Shown here in pieces: positions 19,173 through 32,024 of a stretch of 64,000 nucleotides of DNA. The notes beneath the pieces are model-generated. The model had not been told where the DNA came from and did no database searches. It saw nothing but the letters and a program-made list of their open reading frames with translations. Source of the stretch: an uncultured delta proteobacterium (lineage in GTDB: Bacteria; Myxococcota_A; Polyangia; Polyangiales; Polyangiaceae); assembly GCA_963847465.1 (NCBI GenBank), contig CAWKAF010000021.1:44134-108133 (forward strand), written 5' to 3'. A program made the translations under genes and the position numbers. Each line of letters begins with the position of its first letter. Position 1 is the stretch's first letter.

Positions 19173-19958
19173 CTAGGTCGCATCCGGCGGCTGCACATCA
19201 AAATTCCCCGCGTAACTCACCCCCACGACAGCCCCCGCTCCCCCAGCCTCCCCCGCCGCCCCTGCGTCCCCCGCGCCCACGCCCCCGTCCGCACCCGGAC
19301 CCGCACCTGCGCCCGCGTCCACCCCCGACCCCGACCCCGCCCCCGCCGCGCACGCGACCACCAGCGACCGATTGCTGTTCGGCGCCCAATCTTCCCAGCT
19401 ATCGACCCCGTTCCCCCGCTTCACGAAGCGAAACTGCACCTCTTCGCCGTCCACCAGCGTAACCCCCACCATCCACGTCCCACTCGCCACCTGCGTCATC
19501 CCCACTGCGGCCGTCGGGCTCCAGGCACCCAGCGCGGGCGCGTCGCCGCCCACCGCGACGTCCTGATAAACCACCCCGTCGATCCACGCCTCGGCCACCG
19601 TAAACGTCACCAGGCACGAAGCCCGCGACGCCTCTGAAGAATCCCCCGGCGCCCCCTCCGATGCGCCCCCGTCATCGACCCCGGCCTCCAGAACCGCTCC
19701 GACGGACGACCCCCCCTCGCCGACGTCCGCGTTCACGGCCACCGGCAGCTCGGATGGCACCTCACCGAGGGGTGCGTCATTGCTCGTGCGCGACGCATCG
19801 ACAACGGGCGCCGCGAGCGAGTCGGCACCTGGCCCCGAGCCGCCCGCCTCGACGGATGGGACATCGAGCAGCCCGCCCACACCTCCCGAGCATCCCACGA
19901 GAAGGCTTGCGAATAAGACGACCCCGACCCCGCCCAGCACCCTTTGCATCGACGCCAT
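19173..19958 (-). CDS. lipoprotein with a CBM20-like (starch-binding) domain and no recognisable catalytic domain
   Basis: ATG 19958 inside ORF 19173..20048. MASMQRVLGGVGVVLFASLLVGC is a lipobox. The core VTFTVAEAW..VYQDVAVGGDAPALGAWSPTAAVGMTQVASGTWMVGVTLVDGEEVQFRFVK follows the CBM20 pattern (VTF.V...G..V.vvG....LG.Wsp..A..m......W...v.l..g..vefKfv). Confidence 0.55.
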   Translation of the reverse strand: MASMQRVLGGVGVVLFASLLVGCSGGVGGLLDVPSVEAGGSGPGADSLAAPVVDASRTSNDAPLGEVPSELPVAVNADVGEGGSSVGAVLEAGVDDGGASEGAPGDSSEASRASCLVTFTVAEAWIDGVVYQDVAVGGDAPALGAWSPTAAVGMTQVASGTWMVGVTLVDGEEVQFRFVKRGNGVDSWEDWAPNSNRSLVVACAAGAGSGSGVDAGAGAGPGADGGVGAGDAGAAGEAGGAGAVVGVSYAGNFDVQPPDAT

Positions 19959-20173
19959 CCCACACCTCCTTTGACTTGCCGTTTCGAGCCACGACCTCCG
20001 GGTTGCGAGTCGCCTGTAGAGGGGGCGGCATACGACATCCACCCCCATGAGGCAAGCTCTCCTAACGCGATGCGTTGAGACTGGAATGGCCGAGCAAACT
20101 CCACGTCGAGGAGAGCGGCGAGGTCGGTTACTCTCGATCGTTCCCGGTCATCGCCCGGGAACCCAGGTTCGCC

Positions 20174-23100
20174 ATGCAACAGCAACCGCCTCGGCAGCGG
20201 GGAGCGTCGGAACAGCATCCGGCGGCCTTCTCGTTCGAGGCGAAGGTCGAGAACGAAGAGCAGCTCCTCGACGCGGTCCTCGCGTCGCTGGCTCGCGGTG
20301 CATTCTCTGCCGCGGGGTGGGAACAGCTGCATGCCGCGGCCCGGCGGGACGAGCGGGTGAGCGAGCTCGCGTTCGCGTTCGAGACCGTGGCTCAGGGCAA
20401 GCGACTGAAGACGGTCTCGCCGGCCGCCGCGACGGAGTTCCTCTTCGAGGCGGCCCGCTTCTTCAGCGACGTCTTCGGCGACGAGCTGGGCGCCGCGACC
20501 TGCCTGGAGCGCGCGCTGGCGATCAACCCCGCGCACGCGCCGGCGCTCGAGAAGATCGAGACGATCCTCGTGAGGGCGCACCAGCCAAAGAAGCTCGCCG
20601 AGGTCTTCGGCTCCGTGGCGCAGCACCGGGCGCGCGGCGAACAGGCGCCGCTACTGCGCCGCGCGATCGAGCTGCTCACCGAGGCCGACGCCGAGGACGG
20701 AAAGGTGACCGATCTGCTCCAGCAGCTGCTCCGTCTCGAGCCGGGCGACGAGGACGCGCGCACGAGGCTCGAGACCCTGTACGTCAAAGCGAACCGCTTC
20801 CGTGACGTCCTACGCCTCAACGAACAGGCGCTCGCGGCCGACCCTCCTCCCGCCGACGCGACGAAGCGAAGGCTCCTCTCCCGCATCGTCGAGCTCTACG
20901 CCGACAAGCTGCACGAGCCCGAGCGCGCGATGCCTCACGTCGAACAGCTCCTCGCGGCCGAGCCGGCGAACGAGGCAGCGCGGCGCGCAGCGCAGAAGCT
21001 CGTCGTCATCAAGGGGCTCGCGGGCCGGGCGGCCGCAGCGCTCGCGGCCGCGTGCGAGGCGTTCGGAACGCCGCAGGAGGTCTCGCGCTATCTGACGATC
21101 GAGCTCGAGAACACCCGCGGTCCGAAGAGGGCCGAGCTCCTCGCTCGCCTGGGCAGGCTGAAACACGAGCGGATGGGCGACGACAAGGGCGCGTTCGATG
21201 CGTTCGAGCAGGCGCTGGCGATCGACGCGTCCGACGACGGGCTGCGCGGTCAATACATCGAGCTGGCGGGCCGGTTGAAGCGATACGCGGACGCGGCCAA
21301 GACGCTCGGTCGGGTGCTTTCCGTGACCAAGGAGCCCTCGATCAAGGCGAGGACCGGCGCCCAGCTCGGACAGATGCTGCTCTATTCCGGCGACCCGAAG
21401 CGCGCCAAGTCGACGTTGGCCGCGGTGCTCGTCGTCCCCGACGCTCCCGCGGACGCAGTGCTCGTCGCGGCCCGCGCGCTCTGGGAGATCCTCGAGAAGG
21501 AGAAGGATCCGCGCGCCCTCTGCGACGTACTCGAGCGCGTCGCCACGCTGGAGCCCGACCCGGATCGCCGCCGCGAAGCCGACGAGCGATTGAGCGAGCT
21601 GGCGATGCAGATCAAGGACAAGCCGCGCGCCATCGCCGCCTACGAGCGGCTCCTGTCGACGAGCGCGCGCGCGAACGCCCTCGCCGCCCTGGCGCCCCTC
21701 TACGAGGCCAGCGGCTCGCCGGACAAGCTCGCGCGGTTGCTCGAAGAGCGCGCGAAGGACACGGAGGATCCCGCCGCCGCGCGCGCTCTGATGATGCGCG
21801 CCGTTCAGGTGCGCGCGGGCGAGGCCGACGACGTGTCGGGGGCCATCGAGACGTGCGCAGGCGTCGTCGCCCGCTTCGGGCCGGCGCGCGACGTCCTCGA
21901 GATCCTCGTGCCGATGCTCCGGCAGGAGAAGCGCTGGGCCGAGCTCGCCGCGGCCCTCGAGCAGGATGCCGAGCTGGCGACGGCGGGAGCGGTGCGCGCG
22001 GAGCTGCTCGCGGAGGTGGGGAGGGTGAAGCTCGAGGGGCTGCACGACGTGGGCGCCGCGATCGCCGCGTTCGACGAAGCCCTCGCCTTCGATCCCGCCC
22101 AGGCCGCGGCTCGATCGGCCCTCGAGAAGCTCGCGGGCTCCGGAGATCATCGCCTCGACGCCGTCCGCGTGCTCGAGCCCATCTACCGCCGCGAAGGGGC
22201 GACCGACGCGCTCCTCCGGATGCTCGAGGTGCGGGGCGCGCTCGCGCAAGACCTCGACGAACGGCTCGGGGCGATGCGGGAGGCGGCCGACCTCGGGGTG
22301 GGCCTCGGGCGCGCCGAGGCGGCTCGCGCGGTCGACCTCGCGGGACGAGGGCTGACCGAGGCGGCGGCCGGCGGACGCCCGCTCGCCGAGTGGCTCGATC
22401 GCGTCGACCGGATGCTGCCGCCCGGGGGCGATCCGCGCCGGCGCGCCGCGATCCTCTCGAGGGCCATCGGGGATCACGAAGTGACGAACGCCGACCTGAG
22501 CCTGCTCGCGCAGCGAGCCGCCGAGTCGCTCGTCCTCGCCGACGGCGTCGACGCCGCGATCGCTCTCTTCCGGCGCGCCCTCGCGTTCGAGCCCCGATTC
22601 GGCGGCTCTCCTCTTGCGCATCGGATCGATCGAGCGGCACGAGCTGCGGGACATCGGGGCCGCGATCGCGACGTACCGCGCCGTCATCGAGGTCGACGCG
22701 GCCGACCCCGAGGCGCAGGCCGCGCTCGAAGAGCTGTACGCGCAGGCGGGCCGCTGGGACGATCTCAGCGCACTGCTCGAGGGTCGCCTCGGGCACGCGG
22801 CGGGGGCGGAGGCGCGTGCGCTCCGGGCGAAGCTGGCCCAGGTGGCCGCCGATCACGGCGACGGGACACGCGCGCGGGCGCAGTGCGCGCAGCTTCTCGA
22901 GGATCCCGAGCTCTCCGAGGACGACCTCGCGGCGGTCGACCGCGCGGCGCAGCGGCTGGGCGACGCGGACCTTGCGCGCGCCGTGCTCAAGCGCCGGTCC
23001 GAGATGGCCAAAGACCCGGGCGAGCAGATCGCCTGGCTCGAGAAGCTGGGGCAGCTCGACGAGGAGCGTCGCGGCGACCTCGAGGCGGCCGCGGCGGCGT

Positions 23101-26100
23101 GGAAGCGGGGCGCCATCCTCGCGGACGACGCGGGGGACAACGAGACGGCGCGGCGCCTCTTCTGGCGCGCGCGGAAGGTCGCCCCCGAAGACCACGAGGT
23201 GACCGTTCGCCTCGTCGGCGTGTGCGAGCGCGCGGAGTGCTGGAACGACCTGCCTCGCCTGTACGCGGCGCTCGCGGACGAGAGCCCCGACGAGGCGGAG
23301 CGCGTGAGGCTCACGCTTCGCACGGCGCACGTCCTGGGCGAACGACTCGGAGATCCGCAAGGTGCTGCCCGCGCCATCGACGCGATGCTGTCGCGGCTCG
23401 TCGAGGAGGGCGGAGGCGACGCCGCGCGGCGCGCCGAGCTGCTTCTCGCACGGGCCGGCGCCGTGGCGGTCAAGCCGGCGAACATGGACGACGCGGCGCG
23501 CACCTACCGCGAGATCCTCGGCGACGACCGCCTCGCGCCGACCCACGCGGCGGCCGTCGCCGCGTTCCAGGCGTTGATCTCGCGCGACGCGGAGTCGCCG
23601 GAGCGACGCGCAGACCAACGATGGCTCCTCGAGTGGAGCGCCGAGCACGCTCCGCTGGACGAACGAGCCGAGCGGCTCCTCGAGTGGGCCCGCGAAGAGG
23701 AGACGACCTTCGCCGACCCGTCACGCTCGCTCGCTCTCCACCGGCGCGTCCTCGCGATCGACCCGGATCGCGACGAATCGCTCACGGCGGTCGCGCGGCT
23801 CGCGCTCGGGACGGGCGAGACCGAAGAAGCGATCGCGGCGCTGCGCTCGAGGCGGGACCGCGCGCAGGGGCCGGCGCGCATCGGGATCGAGCTGCAGATC
23901 GCGAGGGTCCTCCTGGCGCGTACGCCGGGGTCGAAGGAGGCCATCGAGATCCTCGAGCGGGCATGCGATTCGACCGACGACGTGGAGGAGAGGGCGCAGA
24001 TCCTCCGGCGTCTCGTCGACGCGCCGACCGAGGGCGACGCCTCGCCGGCGCGCCGCGGATGGTTCGAGCGCCTGTGCGACCTCGAGCGGGACCGCGGCAA
24101 CGTGGACGCGGCGCTTGCGGTCGCCGTCCGCGCCGCCCGCGAGATGCATCACCTGCCCGAGCTCTGGGACCGCGCCGAGGAGCTGACGCGAGCCCTCTCC
24201 CGACCGGAGGACGTGGCGGCGCTCTACGAAGACGTCTTCGCGAGCAACCTCGAAAAGGAAGCCGCCGTCACGCTCGGCGAGCGGGCCGTGCAGTTCTTCG
24301 AAGAGTGGTTCGAACAGCCGGGTCGGGTGGTGAAGATCCTCGAACGGGTCCTCGACATCGACCCGGCGGCCGACTGGGCGTTCGACCGCCTGAAGCTCGT
24401 GCTCGACTCGGCCGAGCGCTGGGACGAGCTCTTCGTCTTGTACGATCGGGCGCTCGAGTCGGCCTCGGGAGCCAAGCGGACGACGCTCCTCGAGGACGCA
24501 GCCCAGACCGCGAAGGACTTCGCCGACCGGCCCGACCGCGCGATCCTCTACATCGAGCAGCTCTACGCGCTGCGGCCCTCGGACACGAAGCTCGCGAGCG
24601 CGCTCGAGCGCCTCTACGAGCGGCAAGGACGTCACCGCGAGCTCGTCGCCTTGCTGAGCGCGAGGCTGCCCTCTTCGAAGAAGGCCGATGCCGAGCGGAC
24701 GCGGCTGCGTGTCGCGGCGCTCTGGCTCGACGATCTCGGCGAACCGGCGGCGGCGCTCGAGGCCGTCGAGCCGCTCCTGCAAGCGGCGAGCGGGAGCGCG
24801 AAGGCGCTGACGTCCGAGGGGTGGGCGCTTTTGGAGCGCATCCTCATAGCCTCGCCGCACACCCCCGAGCCCCGGAGCTCGACCGTGCCGCCCGCGCCGC
24901 CGAGCGACGAGGCGGTCGCCCCGAAGTCGAGGAAGGGACGAAAGTCGGAGGCGCCTTCTTCGTCGCGCGGGTCCACCCGCAAGCGTGCCGCAGCATGGCT
25001 GCGCGACTACTACGCCGCGACGGGGCGCGACGCGGATCTCGCGAGGATGCTCCTCGTGTTCCTCGAGGGAGTGCGGTCGCTCAAGGAACGGGTCCGCGTT
25101 CATCTGCAGGTCGCGGAGCTCTACGAACGGGTGGGCGCGCTCGCGGACGCCCTCGAGCAAACCGGCTTCGTCCTCATCCTGACGCCTGACGACGAGGCGC
25201 AGCGGGCGAAGCTCGTGAGCCTGGCCGAGCGCACGGGCCAGTTCGAGCGTCTCGCGAGTCTCCTCGCCGAAGCGGCCGAGGCCGCGGACGGGCAGGCGCT
25301 CCGCAGCGCGCGGACGATGCAGGCGGCAGACGTGCGCGCCGAGCGGCTGAACGACGCGCCCGGGGCGATCGCGCTTCTCGCCTCGGTGCTGGCGGCGCGG
25401 CGGGTGCCCGACGCCGACGTCCTCGCGGCGTCGCGCAAGCTGGAGGCTCTCCTCGAGGCGACGGGCCGCGCCGAGGAGCGCCTGGACGTGGCCGAGCGGA
25501 TCGCGAGCGTGGAGCCCGACGGCGTCGCGCGGCGCGTCGCCATCGGCCGCGCGGCGCGGCTGGCCTCGGAGCTTGGCCAGGACTCGCGCGGGATCGCCCT
25601 GTGGGAGAGGCGGCTCGCGGAGGACAGGGAGGACGCGGAGGCTCTCGACGGCCTCGTCGATTTGCTCGATCGGGCCGGCTCGGCGAGCGCCCGTCTCGCC
25701 GAGGTGCTCGAGCTACGAGCCGCGTCGACCACCGACGTCGAGCGCCGCCGATCCGATCGCGTGCGCGTGGCGAAGCTGCTCGGCGAGGTGCTCGATCGTC
25801 CGAAGGACGCCATCGTCGCGTGGCGGGGCATCGAGCAAGACTTCGGAGAGGCGGCGGACTCGGCGCTCGCGCTCGCGGAGCTGCTGCGGCAGACGGAGCG
25901 ATGGAAGGAGCTCGCCGCCCTGTACTCGCGGCAGGCCGACCGGTCGATGGACGACGGGTCGCGCGCAGAGCTCCTGCGCCAGCTCGGCGACGTCCAGAGC
26001 GGGCAGCTCGACGCGAGGGACGCGGGCGTCAAGACGTATGCCCTCGCCCTCGCGGCCGACCCTCGCAACGCCGGCGCGCGTGCGGGGCTGCTCGCGCTCG

Positions 26101-29100
26101 CGAACGAGGGCGATCACCGGGCGGCCGCGGTAGAGGTGCTGCTCGGCGCCCTCCGAGCGTGCGACGACTGGCGCGCGATTCTCGAGCTCTCGTCGCACCG
26201 GCTCTTGGCCGCGGGCTCCGAGAGCGGGAAGCTCGCCGTCCTCCTCGAGTCGGCGGAGATCGCCGAGAAGCGCGCGGGCGACCCCGCGCTGGCGTTCGAG
26301 GCCGTGAGGCAAGCGTTCGCGATCGCACCGGGCGACGAGCGGGTCGCGGGGGAGATCGCGCGCCTGGCCGACGCCTCGAGCGCATCGCAGGCGCTCGTCG
26401 ACGCCTACCGCCAGGCGATCGAGGGGGCGGCCAGCGGGGACGCGGCTCTCGTCGCGCGCCTCTGGCAGAAGGTGGGCGTGGTGCTCGAGACGCGCCTCAG
26501 CGATCCTCGCGGCGCGCTGTCGGCCTATCTCCAGGTCGTCGCGAAGGCGGCGGACGTGGACGCCGCGTGCGCGGCGGTACGGGTGGCCGCGTCACTGGCC
26601 GAGTGGGACGTGGCGGCACGCGCGACGGTCGACCTCGCCGCCGCGCAGCGATCGGCGTCGGAGCAGGTGCTGTCGGTGTTCGAGGACGAGGCCGAGCGTT
26701 CGCGCGGCTGGGACGTGGCGGCGACGGCGCTCGGTCGGGCCCTTTCGTCGCAGGAGCTCCGCGGGGCGCCCGCGCGCGACCTTCAGGCCCGCCTCGCCGC
26801 GTGGCACCGCGATCGGCGCGGCGATCCGGAAGCCGCCGAGGCGTCGCTGCGCCTAGCGCTCGACCACGAACCCGCGAATGCCGAGCTCCTCTCGGCTCTC
26901 GCCGAGCTGCAACGGCGGAGCCCCGGGCGCTCGCTCGTCGAGACCTTGCTGAAGCTGTCGAAGGCGAAGGGCGGCGACCTCTCCCTGTTGCGTGAAGCGG
27001 CCGAGGTCGCGAGCGGGCCGGTCGCGGACCCGGGCCTCGCGCGCGCGATCCTCGGCGACGTCCTCGAGCTCGCGCGCGACCGCTGGATCGGCGCAGACTC
27101 CTCTCCGCGGGCAGACCCAGGAGCCGAGAGCGCCACCGCCTTTGCGGAATGGGCCATCGAGAGTCTCGCGCGCCTCCACGAACAAGAGGGAGACGCGAAG
27201 GCCGTGGCCGACATCCTGGTGGATGGCGCCGAGCTCCCGTTCGATTCCGCCGTTCGTCGCATGATGCGAAGGCGCGCCGCGCGCATCGCCCTCGATCGCC
27301 TCAGCGACCCCGACCGCGCGATCGCCCTTTATCTCTCGCTCTTCGACGACGATCCCCACGACGCCGAAGCGATCGAGCGACTCGCCTCGACCTACACGAC
27401 GCTCGGGCGGCCCGGCGAGCTGCTCCGCCTCCGCGAGCGCCAGATCGCGGCCGCCGCGGACGCGAGCGAGCGCCTTGGCCTGAGGCTCGAGGCGGCGAAG
27501 CTGTACGTGGAGCTGGCGGACAGCGCCGCCGCCGCGGGGGCGCTGCGAGCGAACCTGGACGAGGATTCGCACCACGAGGAGTCGGTCGAGGCCCTGGCCG
27601 ACATGTTCGATCGCGAAGGGCGGCCGCGCGAGCTCGGCGAGCTCCTCGCCGCGCAGGCGCAGCTCGACCAGAGCGCCGGTGGCGTGCAGCGCGCCGCGGC
27701 CCTCTGGTTTCGCGCGGCCGAGGTCGCAGAGCATCGCCTCTCGGACCCCGCCGCCGCGGAGGCCCATCACGCACGGGCTGTCGCGCTCGAGCCCCGGGCG
27801 GCGTCGTTCGACGCGCTCGCCCGGCTGGCGCAAGGGCGCGGAGATCCGGCAGCGGCGGCAGCGAGACTGGAGTCCCTCCTCGAGGTCATCGAGCCCGGCG
27901 GTCGCGTGGCAGCCATCCTGCGTCTCGCCGAAGCGCTCGTCGCGGCGGGTGACCCCGCGCGCGCCGCGGAGCGCCTGGAGTCCTCGCTCGGCACGGAGGC
28001 CGACGCGCAGCCGCTCCGCCTCAGGCTGGCGGAACTCTACCGCGAGCAAGAGCAGTGGGCGAAGCTCGCCCGGCTCGTGAGCGATGCCGCCGCGCACGCG
28101 GCGGAGCCTACGGCCCGGCTGCCACGCCTGCTCGAAGCGGCAAAGCTCTTCACGGACTGCTGCGCCGCGCCGGATCAAGCCATCCCGCTCCTCGAGCAGG
28201 CGAGCGGCCTTTCTCCGGGCGATCAGGCCATCCGCCTCGCCCTGGCCGAAGCGCTGTCGCAGGCGCGGCGCTTCGACGAAGCGCGCTCCATCCTCAAAGG
28301 GATGATCGGTGCGTTCGGGGGCCGTCGTCCGAAGGAGCGCGCGCCCGTCCACTACCAGATGGCCCGCCTCGAGCTCGCGATGGGGCATCGCGCCGCCGCG
28401 CTGGCCGAACTCGACACGGCGACGCGGATCGATCCGCAGAACCCGGAGATCCTGCGCGCCCTCGCCGAGCTCGCCCGCGACGACGGGCAGCTCGAGCGCG
28501 CGGAGAAGAGCTACCGCGCCCTGCTCGTGGTCCTGCGGAGGGGGGCGGACACGCGCGAGTCCGCGTCGATCGCGCGCAGCGAGGTGCTGCTCGAGTTGAG
28601 CGCGATCGCGCAGCGGGACGGCGAGACAGAGCGGGCACGAGAGATCCTGGAGAGCGCCATCGAAGCTGCGGCTCAGGACGATTTCGAACAGGAACGCCTC
28701 GAGAGCCAGCTGAGAAAGCGAGGCGACGACGAGACCCTCGTGCGAGTGCTCGAGGCCAAGCTCGCGCATCTGGGCGACTCTCCGGCGGCCGCCAAGACGC
28801 TCGGCGAGCTGGCGCAGGTGCTCACCGAGAGGCTCGCCCGTCCCGAGCGCGCGCTCGACGTGCGACTCCGGGCGCTCGCGCTCGACCCACGGTCGGCAGC
28901 GGCCCACGAGGCGGCGCTGTCGCTCGCGCGTTCACTGGGCAAGGTGGCCCGGTACGTCGACGGCGCGGCTGCGCTGGTGGACGCGACCGTGGAAGCCGGA
29001 GACGCGCAGCTCGCTTACGGCCTGCTCGCCCGGCTGGGCGGCGTCGTCGAGGCCGACCTGGGTGACGAACGGCGGACGGCGGACCTTTACCAGCGGGCGG

Positions 29101-32000
29101 TGTCGCTGGGGTCGCGGTCGCCGGACGTGCTTCGCTCCCTTGACCGTCTTTACGAGCGGCTGGGCGACGCAGAGAAGCAGGCCGACGTGCTCGCCCTCCG
29201 GGTGGAAGCGGAGCTCCTCGAGGGCGCTCCGCCGGCGGCGAACGACGCCGTCTACCGCCTCGCCGCCCTCCGGCTCGGGTCACGGGAGACCTTCGAAGCG
29301 GGCGTCGAGATGATCGAGAGAGCTCTGGATCTCGACCCCCAGCCGGAGCGGGCCGCGGATCTGCTGCGGCGCGCGGCCGCGATCGATCCCACCCACGCGA
29401 AGCTCCTCGATCTGTACGAACGCGTGGGGCGAAAGCCCGGCCAGGAGCGAACGCTCGTCGACGCCCTCCGGCTGCGCAGCGAGCTGCCGGGAAGCAGCGT
29501 GGAGACCGTGCGTGAAGGGGTCGAGGTCGCGACCATGCTGGGCGATGGCGCGCTCGCGCAGGCGCTCCTCGAGCGCTTCGTCGAGGCGAGGCGCGCCGCG
29601 GGGCCCGAGGTCTCCGACCTCTCGTGGGCTCTCGCGGCTCTCGCCAACCTCCACGAAGCTGCGGGCGACCTCCGAAAGGCCGTCGAGCTCAAGCGAGAGG
29701 CCTCGGACGTCGCCGACCCGGACGTCGCGAGGGCGTTGAAGTTCGAAGCCGCGCGCATCGCAGCCGACAAGCTGGAAGACCTGGCGCTCGCGGCGGAGGC
29801 GTACGAGGCCCTCCACCGCGCGGACCCTGCGGACCGCGAAGCCTGGGAGCCGCTGCTCGCGGTGTACCGGAAGAGCGGCGACGGGCGAAAGGTCGTGGAG
29901 CTCCTCGGGGCGGTCGTCGACTACGTCGAGGACGCGGCCGAGCGAGCGCGGCTCCGCCTCGAGCGTGTGCGAGCCATGATGGACCGAAAGGATCTCGACG
30001 ACGAGGCCGCGGCACCGCTGCTGCGCGAGATCGTCGACGAGGACGGGAGCCAGGTCGATGCCGCGCTCATGCTGGCCGCGATCCTGGAACGCACCGGAAA
30101 TCGCGAAGGGCTGATCGATGTTCTCGGCCGCCAGATCGACGCGGCCAAGGATCGAGGGGACGCGTCGTCGATCGCGTCTCTCGCGTTGCGGCTCGGGGCG
30201 TTGCTGGAGGCGAGCGATCGCGTCGAAGCGCGCAATGTCTACTACACGGGGATCGACTGGGAGCCGAAGAGCCGCGAGCTCCTCGACGCGCTCCTCCGGC
30301 TCCTCGACGACGATGAAGACGCCGCCGAGCGCGCGGACGTCCTCGAGCGCCGTCTCGCGGCGGAAACGGGCCCAGCGGCCGAGCAGATGGCGCTCGTCCT
30401 TCACGCAACGCGCGCGGAAGCCGGAGACGTCGCGGCGGCCGAACGCGCGCTCGAACTTGGCTTCCGCGCCTACCCGGCGAGCTCGCCTTTGCGCCAGCAG
30501 CTCGAGGACGCGTACCGGGCTCGATCGGACTGGGCGAAGCTCGCCGAGCTCTACGTGATCGATGCGGGCGCGCGGGTCGATCGCGGCGAACGGCTGTCGA
30601 GGTTGAAGGAGGCGGCGGCGCTCTGGCGAAACGAGGTCCACGATCCGCGGACGGCCGCGTCGGTCATCCGTCTCGCTCGCGAGGTCGCGCCCGACGATAC
30701 GTCCCTGCTGCGCGAGCACGTCGAGGTGCTGATCGAGGCCGACGATCGGGCGTCGGGGGCCGCCGAGCTGAGTGCGGTCCTCGATCGCCTCGCCGCCGAC
30801 GACGCCGCGCGAGCACCGATCCTCGCGATGCGCGCCGGCATTCGGTCCGCGTTGCACGACACGCACGGAGCGCTCGAGGACCTCGAGGCGGCGTTCGAGC
30901 TCGATCGCAAGACGTACGCGCCCGACCTCGCCACCGCGGTCAGGGTCGCCCGCGAGGCGGCGGCGTCGGAAGGGGATGCCGAGAGAGTTCACGATCTGCG
31001 CCTTCGTGAGGCGCGCGTGCTCCCCTATGCGGGCGAAGTGGACGCCGCCCGCGCGATCCTCGGCGAGCTCGTCAGGCACAACCCGAAGGATCGCGAGGCC
31101 CTGAGCGCACTGGCCAGCCTGGAAGCCGAGCTGGAGCAGTGGGACGCCGCGGTCGCGGCCCTGGGGCGCCTTTTGGCACTCGAAGAGGGGCAGGCCGCGG
31201 TGGACGCATCGCTGCGTCTCGCAGAGGCGTGCGACCGTGCGGGTCGGCCGGGGGACGCACGGAGCGCGCTGGAGCGCGCGCGAACGCTCGCGCCCGACGA
31301 CCGTGGGCTCCGGGATCGTCTGGAGCGCGCGTACGAGCAGTCGGGAGCCTGGCACGAGCTCGCGACGCTTGCGCTCGAGGACGCAAACGCGAACGCCGAT
31401 CCGAGGGCATGCTTTGCGCAATTCATGCGTGCCGGCGCGGTGCTGCTCGAGAACGCGGGCGATCCGGAGGCGGCCATCGGCGCGCTGGAGCAGGCGCGGG
31501 CGATCCTTCCGGCGGATCTGGACTGCGTGGGTCTGCTGTCGGACGCGTACACGCTCTGGGGGCGTGCAGGGGACGCCTTGGCGATGATCGAGGAGGTCCT
31601 GGCGCCTCACAAGGGACGCCGTTCGCGCGAGCTGGCCCCCCTCTACTGGCGGCTGTCGCGGGTGTATCAGCACACGGAAGACGCGGCGGCCGAGCTTCGC
31701 GCTCTCACTCAGGCGCTGGAGTGCGACGCGCAGAACGGGGAGGTGTGCTCGGCGGTGGCGGTGCGTGCGATCGAGACGGAAGAGCTCGACCTCTCGAACC
31801 GCGCGCTCCGCGCGGTGACGCTTCTGAAGGTGCCGGGTCCGATGAGCAAGGCGCTCGCGTATCAGTATATGGGTGAGATCAGCGTGAAGCAGGGGGACCC
31901 GAAGCGCGCGCTCACTCTTCTCAAGCGCGCCCTCGCGGAAGACCCGTCGCTCGAGACGGCACGCGGCCTCATCGCGGCGATGGAGCGCGGCGGGGGGTGA
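20174..32000 (+). pseudogene. giant (~3,940 aa) TPR-like all-alpha repeat protein; a single frameshift at the C4 run 22592-22595
   Basis: ORF 20075..25189 is protein-like only up to ...RRALAFEP (ATG 20174, MQQQPPRQRG...). ORF 22614..32000 continues the same repeat architecture. Deleting one C at 22592-22595 joins them as ...ALAFEPDSAALLLRIGSIERHEL.... About 34-40-aa repeats recur throughout, for example AIATYRAVIEVDAADPEAQAALEELYAQAGRWDDLSALL and ILYIEQLYALRPSDTKLASALERLYERQGRHRELVALL. Confidence 0.8.
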
Positions 32001-32024
32001 GTCGGGGCGTGCGTATCGAGCGGG

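Noticed and set aside
22592-22595. Programmed ribosomal frameshift in the giant repeat protein
   Set aside because: There is no slippery heptamer or downstream stimulatory structure. The site is a simple C4 run, and identical homopolymer +1 insertions disrupt unrelated genes elsewhere in the window, so an assembly error is more parsimonious.
21052-31673. Long alternative ORFs inside the giant repeat-protein gene (21052..23202, 21612..23648, 25601..26995, 26853..28907, 29280..31673 and others)
   Set aside because: The composition argument is the same as above. The sense frame carries a coherent repeat architecture over 11.8 kb.
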